Source: Bdellovibrionota bacterium (lineage in GTDB: Bacteria; Bdellovibrionota_C; UBA2361; JBIKUX01). Taken from it: DNA of 64,000 nucleotides. Of the stretch, positions 28,182 through 39,296 are shown in pieces. The notes below the pieces were generated by a model. It had not been told where the DNA came from and did not search any database. It was given only the letters and a program-made list of their open reading frames with translations. The position numbers and the translations under genes are program-made. Where the stretch lies: contig JBIKUX010000002.1 of NCBI GenBank assembly GCA_044347345.1, positions 1-64,000 on the forward strand. The letters are read 5' to 3'. The number at the start of each line of letters is the position of its first letter. Positions within the stretch are counted from its first letter, which is position 1.

Positions 28182-31100
28182 ATGAATAACCCCGTCTTAT
28201 CCAACAGCTCGATTATTGAGGGGGTCGTTGCGCCGGCTAAAGCATTATTTTTAATAGATTTAACTAAATCTATAGGGTCGCTCATCGCCATTACTCAATC
28301 AATTAAGGAAGCTGAAGTCCTCACTGCTGACCTAAACTTTTTTGGCATAGGTTCAGATGTTGAAATTAATTATCTGCCACCCTGGGAGACTCTTCCCTTA
28401 GAGCCAGTATCACCTAATATACTAACATCTGCACAACGAATTTATGCTTTACATAAATTAGCAAATAAGTCTCATACCATAACCGTAGCACCTATCGAAT
28501 CAGTACTTCAACGTGTTCTTCCTTATAATCTCATTCTTTCTCAATCTACTAAGATATCGGTCGGTACAAATACAAATAGAGAGAAACTGATCACCCAATT
28601 ACACAAATTGGGTTACGTTCAAACAACTAGAGTAGAGGGAATAGGACAATGCTCTGTCAGAGGAGGAGTAATCGACTTATTTCCTTGCAGCTTAAGTAAT
28701 CCAATCCGATTAACACTTGATGACGATGAAGTAGAGAGTATTTCCCTCTTTGATGCTGAATCTCAAAGATCAATGGGAGAGCTACTTTCATCAATAGTTA
28801 TTCTTCCTCTCACAGAGTCAATACCAGCATATCTTTTTGATAAAATCGGTCTATCGACAAAAGAAGCAGTCAACATAATACGCGAGCGAGGCCTTGCTTG
28901 CGAAACGCCCCCACGAGAGGTAGCACATGTCACAAGTCTAATAAAAAGTGATATACCTTATCCAGGTAGAGAATTACACTCCATGATTTTTACTAAATAT
29001 AACTCGCTTTTAGAGGAATACAAAAATTTTGCCACTTTTATTTGTACGAATGATATTGAAGTAATTAATCGATCTGAAAAATTCCTCGAACAAGTTGCCA
29101 GCAGAGCTCTTCGTTTAAAAGATGGTCAAATCTTAGTCCCTAGCGTAGAGAGAGTCTATGCTTCCACACAAGAAATAATATCATGCCTAGATAAACCGAC
29201 AACCTTAGTCTTTGATAGCTTATCACTAACTAATTACAATAATCCCAGAGTAACTAAACAACGCCGTAATACTCGTTTAATTACTGAATTAAGTTTTCAA
29301 CTTAAAAGAAACAAAGGAAGTGGATATGCTCTTACCCCACTTACTCAAGCTATGGATAAATGGCTTGCTGAGAAACTTTCTATAGCATTTGTGGTAGCTT
29401 CTGAAGAAAGAAGAGAACGTTTAGCGAAAATACTAAGAGAAGAATACGACCGAGAAATTGATTACCATTATCTTTCATCTTATGAATTTGTTTCAAAAAC
29501 AGAGCGGCCAACCATAACTTTTGTATCAGGTGCTTTATCAAATAGCTTTCAAGATAAAGACCGAGGCATCATCTTTGTTGCAGAGCAAGATCTTTTTCCA
29601 ACCAAATCTTTTTCAAAGAAAAGAACAGTTCAGAAAAACACAGCAAAAGTCTTAAATTCTTTGGGAAATCTCAAAGAAGGAGATTTTGTAGTGCATAATG
29701 ATTATGGAATCGGAATTTATCAGGGCTTAAAGACCTTATCAATAGAGGAATCAACAGGGGATTTTCTGCAAATTGCTTATGCCGACAGCACACTATATTT
29801 ACCAGTATTCTCTATAAATAAAGTACATAAATTTGCTGGAGTAGATGGTAAAACTCCAAAAATAGATAAGCTTAGCTCCAATAGATGGCAACAAACAAAA
29901 GAAAAAGTTCGCGAGTCAGTCGAAGAATTAGCAGGAGAACTTATTCGCCTTTATGCTGCAAGAGAGGCTAGCCGAGGATGGAAATTTGACCCCTCTGATG
30001 CTATGGATGAGCTCTTTGCTGAAGCTTTTCCGCATAAAGAAACTGTTGATCAAATAAATGCGGTTACAGAAGTATTTAATGACATGACTTCAGAAAAGCC
30101 GATGGATCGTCTTATAGTAGGAGATGTTGGCTTTGGCAAAACAGAGATCGCAATTCGTGCAGCTTTCAAAGCAACTCAACATAAAAAGCAAGTTGCTGTG
30201 CTAGCTCCAACTACTATTCTAGTAGAGCAACACAAGAGAACATTTCTATCAAGATTTAGTGACTTTGATATTTCAATCTCTGCTCTTAGCCGCTTGTATC
30301 CGAAAAAAGTACAACATGAAACACTTGCACAGCTAGAACAAGGATCAATTGATATAATAATTGGCACCCACTCGCTTCTTAGCTCACAAGTACATTTTGC
30401 TGACCTTGGACTTTTAATCATCGATGAAGAACACCGCTTTGGTGTTAAACAAAAGGAACAGATAAAACAACTTAAACGTCATATTGACGTACTCACGCTT
30501 ACCGCTACTCCAATTCCACGCACACTACACATGGCATTACTAGGAATAAGAGATATATCAGTTCTTCATTCAGCTCCCCATAATAGACTGCCAGTTCACT
30601 CATATTTAGCTCACCGTGATTCTACATTAATTCGCGATGCACTCCTTAGAGAACATAATCGTGGAGGACAAGTTTTTTTTGTTTACAACAGAATTGAAAA
30701 CATTAATTTTCTGTGTGACGAGCTGAAACAATTAGTTCCTGAAATGAGATTTGCCTTTGCGCACGGTCAAATGGATGAACTTACATTAGAGCAAATAATG
30801 ACCCGTTTTCTTAATCATGAGATTGATGTTTTGGTCAGTACTACTATCGTTGAGTCTGGTATAGATGTACCTAATGCTAATACAATTATAATAGATCAAG
30901 CTCATATGTTAGGGCTCGCACAATTATATCAATTGCGAGGTCGAGTCGGGCGTAGTAATCGCCAAGCTTATGCATACTTCCTCATACCAAGAAAAAGAAA
31001 TTTAACAAGAGATGCTCATGAAAGATTAAGAGTACTCCAATCTTTAGACCACTTAGGAGTAGGGTTTGAACTGGCTTTACAAGACCTTCATATACGCGGA

Positions 31101-31685
31101 GCGGGAAATCTTCTCGGTCGTGAACAATCAGGAACAGTAGCGACAGTTGGCTTTGAACTTTACTCTCGAATTGTGCACGATACAGTAGCGCGCCTTCAAG
31201 GAATAGAATCAGAGGAAGCTGAATTTTTTGAACCTGAGGTACGAGTTCCCTTTAGTTGTTACATTTCATGTCTTTACATACCCTCTATTGAGGAGCGGCT
31301 TCTTCTTTATCAGCGTTGCGGAGAAATTACTAGTGAGCAAGAGAGAATAAATATCCTTGAAGAAGCAGAAGAAAGATTTGGTAGACCACCAGTTGAATTT
31401 GAACAATATCTGCACATTATGGAGCTTAAGGCAATTTTACGGAGATTCCGTATTGTCAAATTTGAATTACGACCTACCGAAATTCGTCTTGTTTTAAGCA
31501 AGGATTCACCACTTCATCTAGAAAAACTTCTGGAGTTAAGTAAACTTAATGTTAATAAAATCTCACTAGGAAAGGGTCTAACCCTAACCATAAAAAATAC
31601 AATAGAGGAGGCCGATACAGATTTATTTACAATCCAATCTACAATCAAACGGATAGGGAGTGTGCTTGAATCGATAGCGCTTTAA
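28182..31685 (+). CDS. mfd: Transcription-repair coupling factor
   Basis: UvrB-like RGGVIDLFP, CarD/RID (GDFVVHNDYGIG), GDVGFGKTE, DEEHRFGV, TATPIPRT, QLRGRVGR, C-terminal TRCF domain. Confidence 0.97.
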   Translation: MNNPVLSNSSIIEGVVAPAKALFLIDLTKSIGSLIAITQSIKEAEVLTADLNFFGIGSDVEINYLPPWETLPLEPVSPNILTSAQRIYALHKLANKSHTITVAPIESVLQRVLPYNLILSQSTKISVGTNTNREKLITQLHKLGYVQTTRVEGIGQCSVRGGVIDLFPCSLSNPIRLTLDDDEVESISLFDAESQRSMGELLSSIVILPLTESIPAYLFDKIGLSTKEAVNIIRERGLACETPPREVAHVTSLIKSDIPYPGRELHSMIFTKYNSLLEEYKNFATFICTNDIEVINRSEKFLEQVASRALRLKDGQILVPSVERVYASTQEIISCLDKPTTLVFDSLSLTNYNNPRVTKQRRNTRLITELSFQLKRNKGSGYALTPLTQAMDKWLAEKLSIAFVVASEERRERLAKILREEYDREIDYHYLSSYEFVSKTERPTITFVSGALSNSFQDKDRGIIFVAEQDLFPTKSFSKKRTVQKNTAKVLNSLGNLKEGDFVVHNDYGIGIYQGLKTLSIEESTGDFLQIAYADSTLYLPVFSINKVHKFAGVDGKTPKIDKLSSNRWQQTKEKVRESVEELAGELIRLYAAREASRGWKFDPSDAMDELFAEAFPHKETVDQINAVTEVFNDMTSEKPMDRLIVGDVGFGKTEIAIRAAFKATQHKKQVAVLAPTTILVEQHKRTFLSRFSDFDISISALSRLYPKKVQHETLAQLEQGSIDIIIGTHSLLSSQVHFADLGLLIIDEEHRFGVKQKEQIKQLKRHIDVLTLTATPIPRTLHMALLGIRDISVLHSAPHNRLPVHSYLAHRDSTLIRDALLREHNRGGQVFFVYNRIENINFLCDELKQLVPEMRFAFAHGQMDELTLEQIMTRFLNHEIDVLVSTTIVESGIDVPNANTIIIDQAHMLGLAQLYQLRGRVGRSNRQAYAYFLIPRKRNLTRDAHERLRVLQSLDHLGVGFELALQDLHIRGAGNLLGREQSGTVATVGFELYSRIVHDTVARLQGIESEEAEFFEPEVRVPFSCYISCLYIPSIEERLLLYQRCGEITSEQERINILEEAEERFGRPPVEFEQYLHIMELKAILRRFRIVKFELRPTEIRLVLSKDSPLHLEKLLELSKLNVNKISLGKGLTLTIKNTIEEADTDLFTIQSTIKRIGSVLESIAL

Positions 31686-31724
31686 CATGTTAGTGAGAAT
31701 AATAACAACTACTGGCACAATTAT

Positions 31725-32681
31725 ATGAAACGAAAATTTCTGTTTTCTACTGTTCTTATCATCAACATTAATTTTGTGCTCTCCTCTAGTTTTGCTTGTG
31801 CTGAATCGCAAGAACCAGTTTTAGAGACAGTAATTGCAAGCGTAGACGGCAATCCAATTACTCTTTTTGATCTTTCAAAACGAATTTCTCGGCCTCTCTC
31901 TATACAAGATTTGACAGATGATCGTGCTGCTCGTTCTGCTTTAGACTCCCTGATCTTAGAAAAAGTTCTGGAAGAAGAAGCGAAACAAAAAGGTATCGAT
32001 GTTCCTGAGCTGGAAGTAGACCAGTATGTTGATGAGGTAGCAAAACGCAACAATTTGCCCAGAGAACAGTTTATTTCTGCTTTAATGCAAACTGGTTCAA
32101 CTGAGAGCAAGTACAGAGAACAAGTACGCCTTGAAATTCTTAAATCTAAGGTTACTGCTGCCTCACTCAGAGGAGGAGTAGCAGTTACAGATAAAGAAGT
32201 AGAAGAATATCTAGAGAAGAACAAGGAAGCTCTTAACCAAGGCCCTACCTTATCACTTTCTCAAATTATTCTCGATAGCTCAAAAATTTCAAAAAAAGAA
32301 GCTATCAGTAAGCTTAAAAAATTAATTAAACAAGTAGAAAACGGAGAATCCTTTAGCGATTTGGCTAGAAAATATTCCGATGGACCAGAGGCAAAAAAAG
32401 ATGGTGGATCTCTCGGAGCAGTTGCAGAAAAAGACCTAAGTCCTATAATTTTTGATGCTGTGTTTTCTCTGGATGAAGGAGAAGTCAGCGACATTGTAAT
32501 TTCTGACAAGGGCTATCATATTTTTTATGTCGAAAATAAAAATGAAGATGAGGATGATATACAAGAAAAGCTACGATTAGAAATACGCGAAAAACTCGCT
32601 CGTGAAAAACTTGAATTAAAAATAGCAACTTATGTCAGTGAAGAGCTAATGAAGCTACATTCAGTTGATAAAAAAATTTAG
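31725..32681 (+). CDS. SurA-like periplasmic chaperone/parvulin peptidyl-prolyl isomerase
   Basis: Signal peptide, VIASVDGNPIT (SurA N), FSDLARKYSD..GGSLG, GYHIF; follows mfd. Confidence 0.88.
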   Translation: MKRKFLFSTVLIININFVLSSSFACAESQEPVLETVIASVDGNPITLFDLSKRISRPLSIQDLTDDRAARSALDSLILEKVLEEEAKQKGIDVPELEVDQYVDEVAKRNNLPREQFISALMQTGSTESKYREQVRLEILKSKVTAASLRGGVAVTDKEVEEYLEKNKEALNQGPTLSLSQIILDSSKISKKEAISKLKKLIKQVENGESFSDLARKYSDGPEAKKDGGSLGAVAEKDLSPIIFDAVFSLDEGEVSDIVISDKGYHIFYVENKNEDEDDIQEKLRLEIREKLAREKLELKIATYVSEELMKLHSVDKKI

Positions 32682-32858
32682 TTTTCTCAGAAATAAAACC
32701 TAAGCTTTTTAGTGTAGATTTATCCATACAAAAAATATTGATCTATCCTAAAAAGTTTAAACTGCGGGATCGCACAATACATGAAGTCTGGTGCCGTTAA
32801 TAAAAAAAGTGCATTATAGGTTTCGCTAAATCACAATTTTTGAAGAGCAGATATTATT

Positions 32859-34265
32859 ATGACTCATGTAAACCCCGTAATTTTTCGTGAGTATGACATC
32901 CGTGGTACAGTCGGAGTGGATCTTAACAATACCGTAGCTTACCTCCTAGGTCGAGCATACGGAACTCTTGCCAAGGACAGCGGTAAGAATCGTATTGGCA
33001 TAGGCTTTGATTGTCGCCTCTCTTCAGAGGGTTTTGCTCATGAATTAGCTCGCGGATTATCAGATGAAGGCCTAGATGGAGTCATCACAGGTATGGGGCC
33101 AACTCCGCAGCTGTACTACGCTATCAGAGCTTTGGAATTAGGTGGAGGAATTCAAGTAACCGGCAGTCATAATCCTCCTGACATGAACGGATTCAAGCTA
33201 TGCTTGGGAACTCACACGCTATCTGGCAGTGAAATACAAAATCTTCTTTCTAGGATTCGTTCTCTTCCAGTTTCCTGCACTACACCCAACAGTGCAGAAT
33301 CTTCAAATTCTACAAATCGTGGAAACATAACAACATCACTGATGCGTGATGAGTATATTCAAATGTTAATTGATAAGTCGCGCAATTCGATAGGCAATCG
33401 CAAACTGAAAGTAGTGTGCGACGCTGGTAATGGAGTGGGCGGCTTAGTAGGTCCTGAAGTGCTACGTCAATTAGGCGTTGAGGTTGTAGAGCTATATTGT
33501 GACCCTGATGGACGTTTTCCGAATCATCACCCCGACCCTACTGAAGTAGCAAGCCTTAAAGATTTAATCGCTAAAGTTCGTGAAACTAAAGCTGATGTAG
33601 GTATTGGTTGGGATGGTGATGCTGATCGAATTGGCGTAGTTGATGAACAAGGAAATGTAATTTTCGGAGATATTCTACTTGCTCTTTATGCGAGGCAGAT
33701 TTTACGAGAAGCTCCAGGTGCAACTATCATTGGTGATGTTAAGTGTTCAACTCGTCTGTTTGATGACATCAAAGCTCACGGCGGAAATGCAATCATGTGG
33801 AGAACTGGGCACTCTCTAATTAAAAGTAAGTTGTATGAAACTAATGCGGCTTTAGCTGGAGAAATGAGCGGACACATATTCTTTAACCATCGTTACTTTG
33901 GTTTCGATGATGCCTTACATTCTGCCTGTCGCTTAGTCGAATTATTATCAAATACCTCACTGACACTTTCGCAACTTGTAAGTGACTTCCCATCTGCTTT
34001 TGCTACTCCAGAGATAAGATTAGATTGCCCGGAGGAAGTAAAATTTTTGGTGCCTGAAAAAATCAAAGAATCCTTTAGCGAATATCCCACAAATACCATA
34101 GATGGCGTAAGAATTGAGTTCCCTAATGGATGGGGTTTAGTGCGCGCCTCTAATACTCAACCGGTGTTAGTGTTACGCTTTGAAGCAAACTCACCTGAAG
34201 AGCTTTTGAAATATCAGGAACTAGTTGTCAATAGAGTCGAGCGCATAAAACAACAGTTACTTTAA
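32859..34265 (+). CDS. Phosphomannomutase/phosphoglucomutase (AlgC-like)
   Basis: FREYDIRG, TGSHNP, FPNHHPDP, DGDADR, GEMSGH, RASNTQP. Confidence 0.95.
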   Translation: MTHVNPVIFREYDIRGTVGVDLNNTVAYLLGRAYGTLAKDSGKNRIGIGFDCRLSSEGFAHELARGLSDEGLDGVITGMGPTPQLYYAIRALELGGGIQVTGSHNPPDMNGFKLCLGTHTLSGSEIQNLLSRIRSLPVSCTTPNSAESSNSTNRGNITTSLMRDEYIQMLIDKSRNSIGNRKLKVVCDAGNGVGGLVGPEVLRQLGVEVVELYCDPDGRFPNHHPDPTEVASLKDLIAKVRETKADVGIGWDGDADRIGVVDEQGNVIFGDILLALYARQILREAPGATIIGDVKCSTRLFDDIKAHGGNAIMWRTGHSLIKSKLYETNAALAGEMSGHIFFNHRYFGFDDALHSACRLVELLSNTSLTLSQLVSDFPSAFATPEIRLDCPEEVKFLVPEKIKESFSEYPTNTIDGVRIEFPNGWGLVRASNTQPVLVLRFEANSPEELLKYQELVVNRVERIKQQLL

Positions 34266-34368
34266 CCCTAGTCTTATATTTTGCCTTGTTTTAATTGAGT
34301 GTAAAACTTTTTGATAGGAATAGGAGTGGCTTATTGCAAGTCAATCTGAGCAAATAAAGCTCATTGAT

Positions 34369-36252
34369 GTGTCAGTTGGTACAGGACAAATATATAACCT
34401 TTGTATTCCTAGGAGAGGTTTAACTTTAGTTGAAGGACCATCAGGAAGTGGTAAAACGACCCTCTTAAAAGCAGTGCTTGAGGGAGAAAGCGAAAGAAGA
34501 TCATCTATTCTTTCTGCTCTTTCTCTTTTTAGCGAAGTACCCACTCCTTTGAAAATAACACAGCCTCGGCATTCTTTACTTCATGGAAGTATATTAAATC
34601 TACCGAAATGTAGACTGCTAAATAGAGCTTTAACAACTCATGATACAATCGATTACGCCCTTAAATTATCTGAAAACATAATACCTATTACTTCAGGGGA
34701 AGAAGATATTTCTCACGATTTTCTAAAATACGTGATAGCTACCTATCCTGATGCTAAAGTAGCTATTACTACTCCTACTTATATATTTTTAAATACTAAT
34801 AATCTTCTTTTATATTTTGAAAAATTCGGTATTTCACAAGTAATTATTAATAATAAACTAATTCCTTTAAGAGATATTCTCCCTTCCTATATAGATAAAG
34901 AGCTCAGTGTTGCTTTTGTGGTAGACCGCTGCACGATTTCTAATCGTAATTATGATAGATTAATCGACGCACTAAAACTTTCAGCTCAAATAATGGAAGA
35001 ATTAGAGATACCCGCTAACGATATATGTAAGGGTGATTTATGGCTAAGAGCTGATAAAACATCTGACGTTACAAAAATTAGCTCTGATAATTATACTCAA
35101 TCAAGATTAAGTAATCTTTCTTCCACACCTTCATCTCTAAATGATTGGCTTTTATATTTACAAGCAATCAGAAAACCTACGAATGTTAAATATGCAAGCC
35201 TTATTCAAACTCTCTCTTGGTTAAAAAACTTAGGATTAGCTTCTATTCCTTCTAATACGACAGTAAATTCATTACCACATGCTACTCGAATACTAATTGA
35301 GATTTATAGTGGCTACTTAGATTCTTTTTTTGATGATTCATTTCTTCTTATTGATCTACCAAACAATCCTCTACCTAATTCTATTAACAAGGCCATACTA
35401 GATCTTACTGAGCATTTAATTAAAAAAGAGGTTGGGATTCTTTTAACTAATCCTTCAAGAGAAATAAAAGAAATAACACATACCTTAATCAGACTTACTG
35501 AGCCAAAACCTATCGCACCACCATTTACAGATATATGTGTTGTTCAAAGAGAACATAAATTAACACCCAACCTTTTATCTCCAACTCTTCAACTAGACCA
35601 ATCTATTTACAAAATAAACCTCGAGCGATTACAAGAAATACCTTACAAACTCAATCAACAGCATAATTTTACTCGTCCGATTCTTATTAGCGATGAAACT
35701 AAAGATAATAGTTCCTTAACTTTAAAGTGGAGTGAAGATTTTGTTATTCCATCCTCTTCTTTAATTAAGCTAGGCAATCTTTTAAAAATCACGACTCATA
35801 TCCGTGATTCTTTTGTTGCGCTGCCACTAGCTCGTCAGCGAGGTGTTAGTCGTAAAGATTTTTATTCTCGTAAACAAAGTAATAACTCTTGCGTAAAAGA
35901 GCTTTACCTTAGAGGATATTCCTATGATGCAATAATGTCCGCGACTCTAGCCGAAGTAAGTGAGTTATTTTGTAATCACCCTAAACTACATCATATCTTT
36001 CCATTATTAGCCTCGCACAATCTCCTTCATCTTTCACTCAAACGTCCATTTATAACTTTAAGTAGTGGAGAACAACACAGAGTAAATCTTTTGCGTATTG
36101 CCCTTAACTTAAAAGACAATCAAGTATGGATCATTGAAAATTTTGATTGGGAACTAACTGAAATCCAGAAAAAAAATTTATGTAAGATATTTTCTACTAA
36201 ACTTCCGGCTACCTCGGCAGCTATTATAAGAACCAGTCCTAATAATTCATAA
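34369..36252 (+). CDS. Degenerate, shortened UvrA-like ABC protein
   Basis: Colinear UvrA-like segments IPRRGLTLVEGPSGSGKTT..ESERR, VVDR..RLIDAL, LLIDLP, LPLARQRG, TLSSGEQHRVNL; frame is open from 34324, so the start is uncertain. Confidence 0.7.
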   Translation: MSVGTGQIYNLCIPRRGLTLVEGPSGSGKTTLLKAVLEGESERRSSILSALSLFSEVPTPLKITQPRHSLLHGSILNLPKCRLLNRALTTHDTIDYALKLSENIIPITSGEEDISHDFLKYVIATYPDAKVAITTPTYIFLNTNNLLLYFEKFGISQVIINNKLIPLRDILPSYIDKELSVAFVVDRCTISNRNYDRLIDALKLSAQIMEELEIPANDICKGDLWLRADKTSDVTKISSDNYTQSRLSNLSSTPSSLNDWLLYLQAIRKPTNVKYASLIQTLSWLKNLGLASIPSNTTVNSLPHATRILIEIYSGYLDSFFDDSFLLIDLPNNPLPNSINKAILDLTEHLIKKEVGILLTNPSREIKEITHTLIRLTEPKPIAPPFTDICVVQREHKLTPNLLSPTLQLDQSIYKINLERLQEIPYKLNQQHNFTRPILISDETKDNSSLTLKWSEDFVIPSSSLIKLGNLLKITTHIRDSFVALPLARQRGVSRKDFYSRKQSNNSCVKELYLRGYSYDAIMSATLAEVSELFCNHPKLHHIFPLLASHNLLHLSLKRPFITLSSGEQHRVNLLRIALNLKDNQVWIIENFDWELTEIQKKNLCKIFSTKLPATSAAIIRTSPNNS

Positions 36253-36267
36253 TAAATTAATAAAGTT

Positions 36268-36927
36268 ATGATTAGTGTTGATAAAATCAAAGAAGGAATA
36301 AATAGATTTTTAGAGGGATTCTCTCTAGAGCGCTTAAATGAAGTATTTACAACAGTAAAATCAATAATTTTTTCACCAAAACAATTTCTATCAAATAACG
36401 CTTTAGCTCAGATTGAGCCCTCTCAAATTTTATTACGTTTTACAGCTGTAATTTCAACTATTAGCTCAATGGTATCAGCTTTGATTATTCTATTTATTGG
36501 AGTTCCACAATCAGGAACTGATATTCTTGTGAGCGTACCAGTACTTAATTTAATAATGGGAGCTTTTTATGAAATCGGGATGACTGTCGGTATAACTTAT
36601 CTCACTGTAGAGTTTATCATAAAGTGGGCACAACTATTATCCTTGCAAATTAAATCGGAAACAGTCCTTCCTGTCCTAGCATTTTCACTAACTCCAACAA
36701 TTCTAAGTAGAGTTATTTACGCTGTTCCATCTATCTGGATGCTAGCAATACTCGGCCTAAGTTATACTGGCATACTCCTTTGGCACGGGATAATTCAACA
36801 AAATTTAGTTGAACCAACAGAACAACCAATCATAAAAACAATAATCTTTAAAATTGGCACGATCTTAGGTGTTTTAGCCTTAATTATTTTTATTTTTTCA
36901 ATTACAGAAGGAATGCGCTTACCGTAA
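36268..36927 (+). CDS. Yip1-like integral membrane protein
   Basis: IIFSPKQF near the N-terminus, about 5 TM, AFSLTP and YTGILLWHGI motifs. Confidence 0.6.
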   Translation: MISVDKIKEGINRFLEGFSLERLNEVFTTVKSIIFSPKQFLSNNALAQIEPSQILLRFTAVISTISSMVSALIILFIGVPQSGTDILVSVPVLNLIMGAFYEIGMTVGITYLTVEFIIKWAQLLSLQIKSETVLPVLAFSLTPTILSRVIYAVPSIWMLAILGLSYTGILLWHGIIQQNLVEPTEQPIIKTIIFKIGTILGVLALIIFIFSITEGMRLP

Positions 36928-36933
36928 GTTAAA

Positions 36934-36953
36934 AGGCTACTTTCTAGTAGCCT
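36934..36953 (-). terminator. Rho-independent terminator-like hairpin between convergent genes
   Basis: AGGCTACT-ttct-AGTAGCCT perfect 8-bp stem; adjacent A-run gives a short U-tail on the minus (metK) strand. Confidence 0.6.
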
Positions 36954-37012
36954 ATATCTATAATCTTGTAAGCTACAAAAAACCTACTCTTATGGTTAGA
37001 TAAATCTATAGA

Positions 37013-38200
37013 CTAAAGATTAAGCTTTTTACGAAGTTCTTCAACTTTATTAGTAGCCTCCCAACTAAATGCGCCTCCTTTACCTGGTGAACGGCCAAAA
37101 TGCCCGTAAGCAGCTGTTTGCCTATAAATAGGCTGCAATAAATGAAGAGACTCTATAATACCGCGAGGAGTAAGAGTAAAAATTTCCTTTATTGCATTAG
37201 CAATCTTGACATCTGAAATCTTACTCGTACCGAAAGTATCAACACGAATAGATACCGGTTCAGCAACTCCTATTGCATAGGCAACTTGAACCTCACACTT
37301 AGAAGCAATCTTTGCAGCTACAACATTTTTAGCAATATACCGAGCAGCATAGGCGGCTGAGCGATCTACTTTAGATGGATCTTTTCCTGAAAAAGCTCCA
37401 CCCCCATGACGGCCATAACCACCATAGGTATCTACAATTATCTTACGACCAGTAAGACCACAATCTCCAACTGGTCCTCCAATAACAAAACGTCCAGTAG
37501 GATTGATCAAAAAGCGAGTCGTCGAGTCAACCAAATTAACTGGTAAAACCTGACGTGCAATGTCATTTACCACATAGTCATGTAGCTCACTAAGAGAAAT
37601 ATCCTCACTGTGCTGAGTAGATAGTACCACCGTATCTATGTGGCAAGGCCTACCATTTTCATACTTTACGGTCACCTGGCTTTTAGCGTCGGGCTTCAAA
37701 AAAGGAGCCGCGCCTGATTTTCGCATACGAGCAGCAGTCGCAACAAGTTGATGAGATAAGGAAATAGGTAGAGGCATTAGTTCAGGAGTCTCATCACAAG
37801 CAAATCCAAACATTAACCCTTGATCACCTGCACCTTGCTCTTTAAATGTTCCTTCACCTTCATTTACACCCATACTGATGTCGGGTGATTGTTGGCTTAA
37901 AAATGAAAGGTATGTGAATGTCTTGCTATCGAATCCAAGACTAGGTTCATTGTAACCAATTTCTTCTACAACTTTTCTGGCTACCGATTCAAAATCCACC
38001 TTACCTTTAAATGTCACCTCTCCGGCAACAATCAAAGTGTTATTTTTCACTAAGGTTTCACATGCTACTCTACCATTTGGATCAATGGTGAGGACAGCAT
38101 CAAGAATAGCATCGCTAACTTGATCGGCAATTTTATCTGGATGTCCCTCTGAGACCGATTCTGAAGTGAAGAGCGATTGCTCATCAGTTAGTTCATTCAT
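37013..38200 (-). CDS. metK: S-adenosylmethionine synthetase
   Basis: [47 protein letters not shown]. Confidence 0.99.
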   Translation of the reverse strand: MNELTDEQSLFTSESVSEGHPDKIADQVSDAILDAVLTIDPNGRVACETLVKNNTLIVAGEVTFKGKVDFESVARKVVEEIGYNEPSLGFDSKTFTYLSFLSQQSPDISMGVNEGEGTFKEQGAGDQGLMFGFACDETPELMPLPISLSHQLVATAARMRKSGAAPFLKPDAKSQVTVKYENGRPCHIDTVVLSTQHSEDISLSELHDYVVNDIARQVLPVNLVDSTTRFLINPTGRFVIGGPVGDCGLTGRKIIVDTYGGYGRHGGGAFSGKDPSKVDRSAAYAARYIAKNVVAAKIASKCEVQVAYAIGVAEPVSIRVDTFGTSKISDVKIANAIKEIFTLTPRGIIESLHLLQPIYRQTAAYGHFGRSPGKGGAFSWEATNKVEELRKKLNL

Positions 38201-38250
38201 ATTGCTGCCTATTTAGCTGATGGTTAAAAGTGAAAAACTCTCAGGCTAGT

Positions 38251-38279
38251 AGTATTTATTTGACGGCCACTAAGGTCAA
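38251..38279 (-). promoter_or_regulatory. Putative sigma70 promoter for metK
   Basis: Minus strand TTGACC-N17-AATACT about 50 bp upstream of the ATG. Confidence 0.35.
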
Positions 38280-38301
38280 GTTTTTTGCCATAAAAGTTAT
38301 G

Positions 38302-39216
38302 CTAATCAAGTGCTACATCTCGATGAAAGCAATTAAGAAGATACCCTGACTGACACTCACTACTAAGTCGACTGGCAAGCGCCTCCACAATAGAAACTGA
38401 TCTATGTTTACCCCCAGTACAACCTATTCCTACAGTTAGATAAGACTTACCCTCTCGCACATAACGGGGCAACAGAAATAAAAGAAGAGCCGAAACTTGA
38501 TTGAGAAATGTCCTTGTATCTTCAGAAGATAACACAAATTCTCTCACCTCAGAATCAAGACCAGTCTTGAGTTGCAATTTCAAATCAAAAAATGGATTTG
38601 GTAAAAATCTAACATCGAAAAGAAGGTCACAATCTCGTGGTGCTACATACTTAAAGCCAAAGGATACAAGATTTACTCGCATCTGAGGGATATCCTCATT
38701 AAGCACGTGAGTTACAATTCGCTCCATCTCTCTTTTGAGGTCGTGCACAGTAAGAGAAGTTGTATCAACAACGATGTTGGCGATAAATTTAAGAGACGAG
38801 AGTTGAGCACGCTCCTTAACAATAGCATCAGAGATAGTGCCATGAATATTACTATCAAAGCGGGGATGAGGTCTTCTAGTTTCACTGTAACGTTTTAAAA
38901 TGATTGAATCTTCGCAATCAAGAAAAATTATAGATAACCTCTTTCGTCCCTCCTCAATAGAATTAACTAAGTCTATTACTGATTGTACACTCTTTTCCTG
39001 AGAATCTATATTTAGACTAACTCCCGCCTTACGGCGCTCAACCGGTAGCTGCCGAGTAAATTCGATAAACTGGCCGAATAATTTAACTGGTAGATTGTCA
39101 ACTATAAAAAAGCCGTGATCTTCTAACTTGTTTAGCGCTGTTGAGCGACCGGCTCCAGAGATACCAGACAAAATAACTAGGGAGTTCAGATGATCTATGG
39201 CTAAACTTCCCGTCAT
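38302..39216 (-). CDS. rapZ: RNase adapter RapZ
   Basis: SGISGAGRS, VDNLP, RYSETRRPHP, SFGFKY, DVRFLPNP, GCTGGKHRS. Confidence 0.95.
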   Translation of the reverse strand: MTGSLAIDHLNSLVILSGISGAGRSTALNKLEDHGFFIVDNLPVKLFGQFIEFTRQLPVERRKAGVSLNIDSQEKSVQSVIDLVNSIEEGRKRLSIIFLDCEDSIILKRYSETRRPHPRFDSNIHGTISDAIVKERAQLSSLKFIANIVVDTTSLTVHDLKREMERIVTHVLNEDIPQMRVNLVSFGFKYVAPRDCDLLFDVRFLPNPFFDLKLQLKTGLDSEVREFVLSSEDTRTFLNQVSALLLFLLPRYVREGKSYLTVGIGCTGGKHRSVSIVEALASRLSSECQSGYLLNCFHRDVALD

Positions 39217-39296
39217 TTGCTTACCTTGCCTTTGATTTAACCACCAATTAAACTCTCTCCTAAAATTAGATCTAACTTAAGAAATCTCTTCTACTT

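Noticed and set aside
31721-32224. 167-aa antisense ORF and the other short overlapping ORFs in the track
   Set aside because: Shadow frames opposite or inside well-supported genes, with no motifs
34369-36252. Annotating as functional uvrA
   Set aside because: Too short, and lacks the Zn fingers, Walker B glutamates and second Walker A
38201-38301. SAM riboswitch or sigma54 promoter upstream of metK
   Set aside because: Leader is short with no SAM-I-like core; TGGCAAAAAACTTGA has GA rather than the required GC at -12
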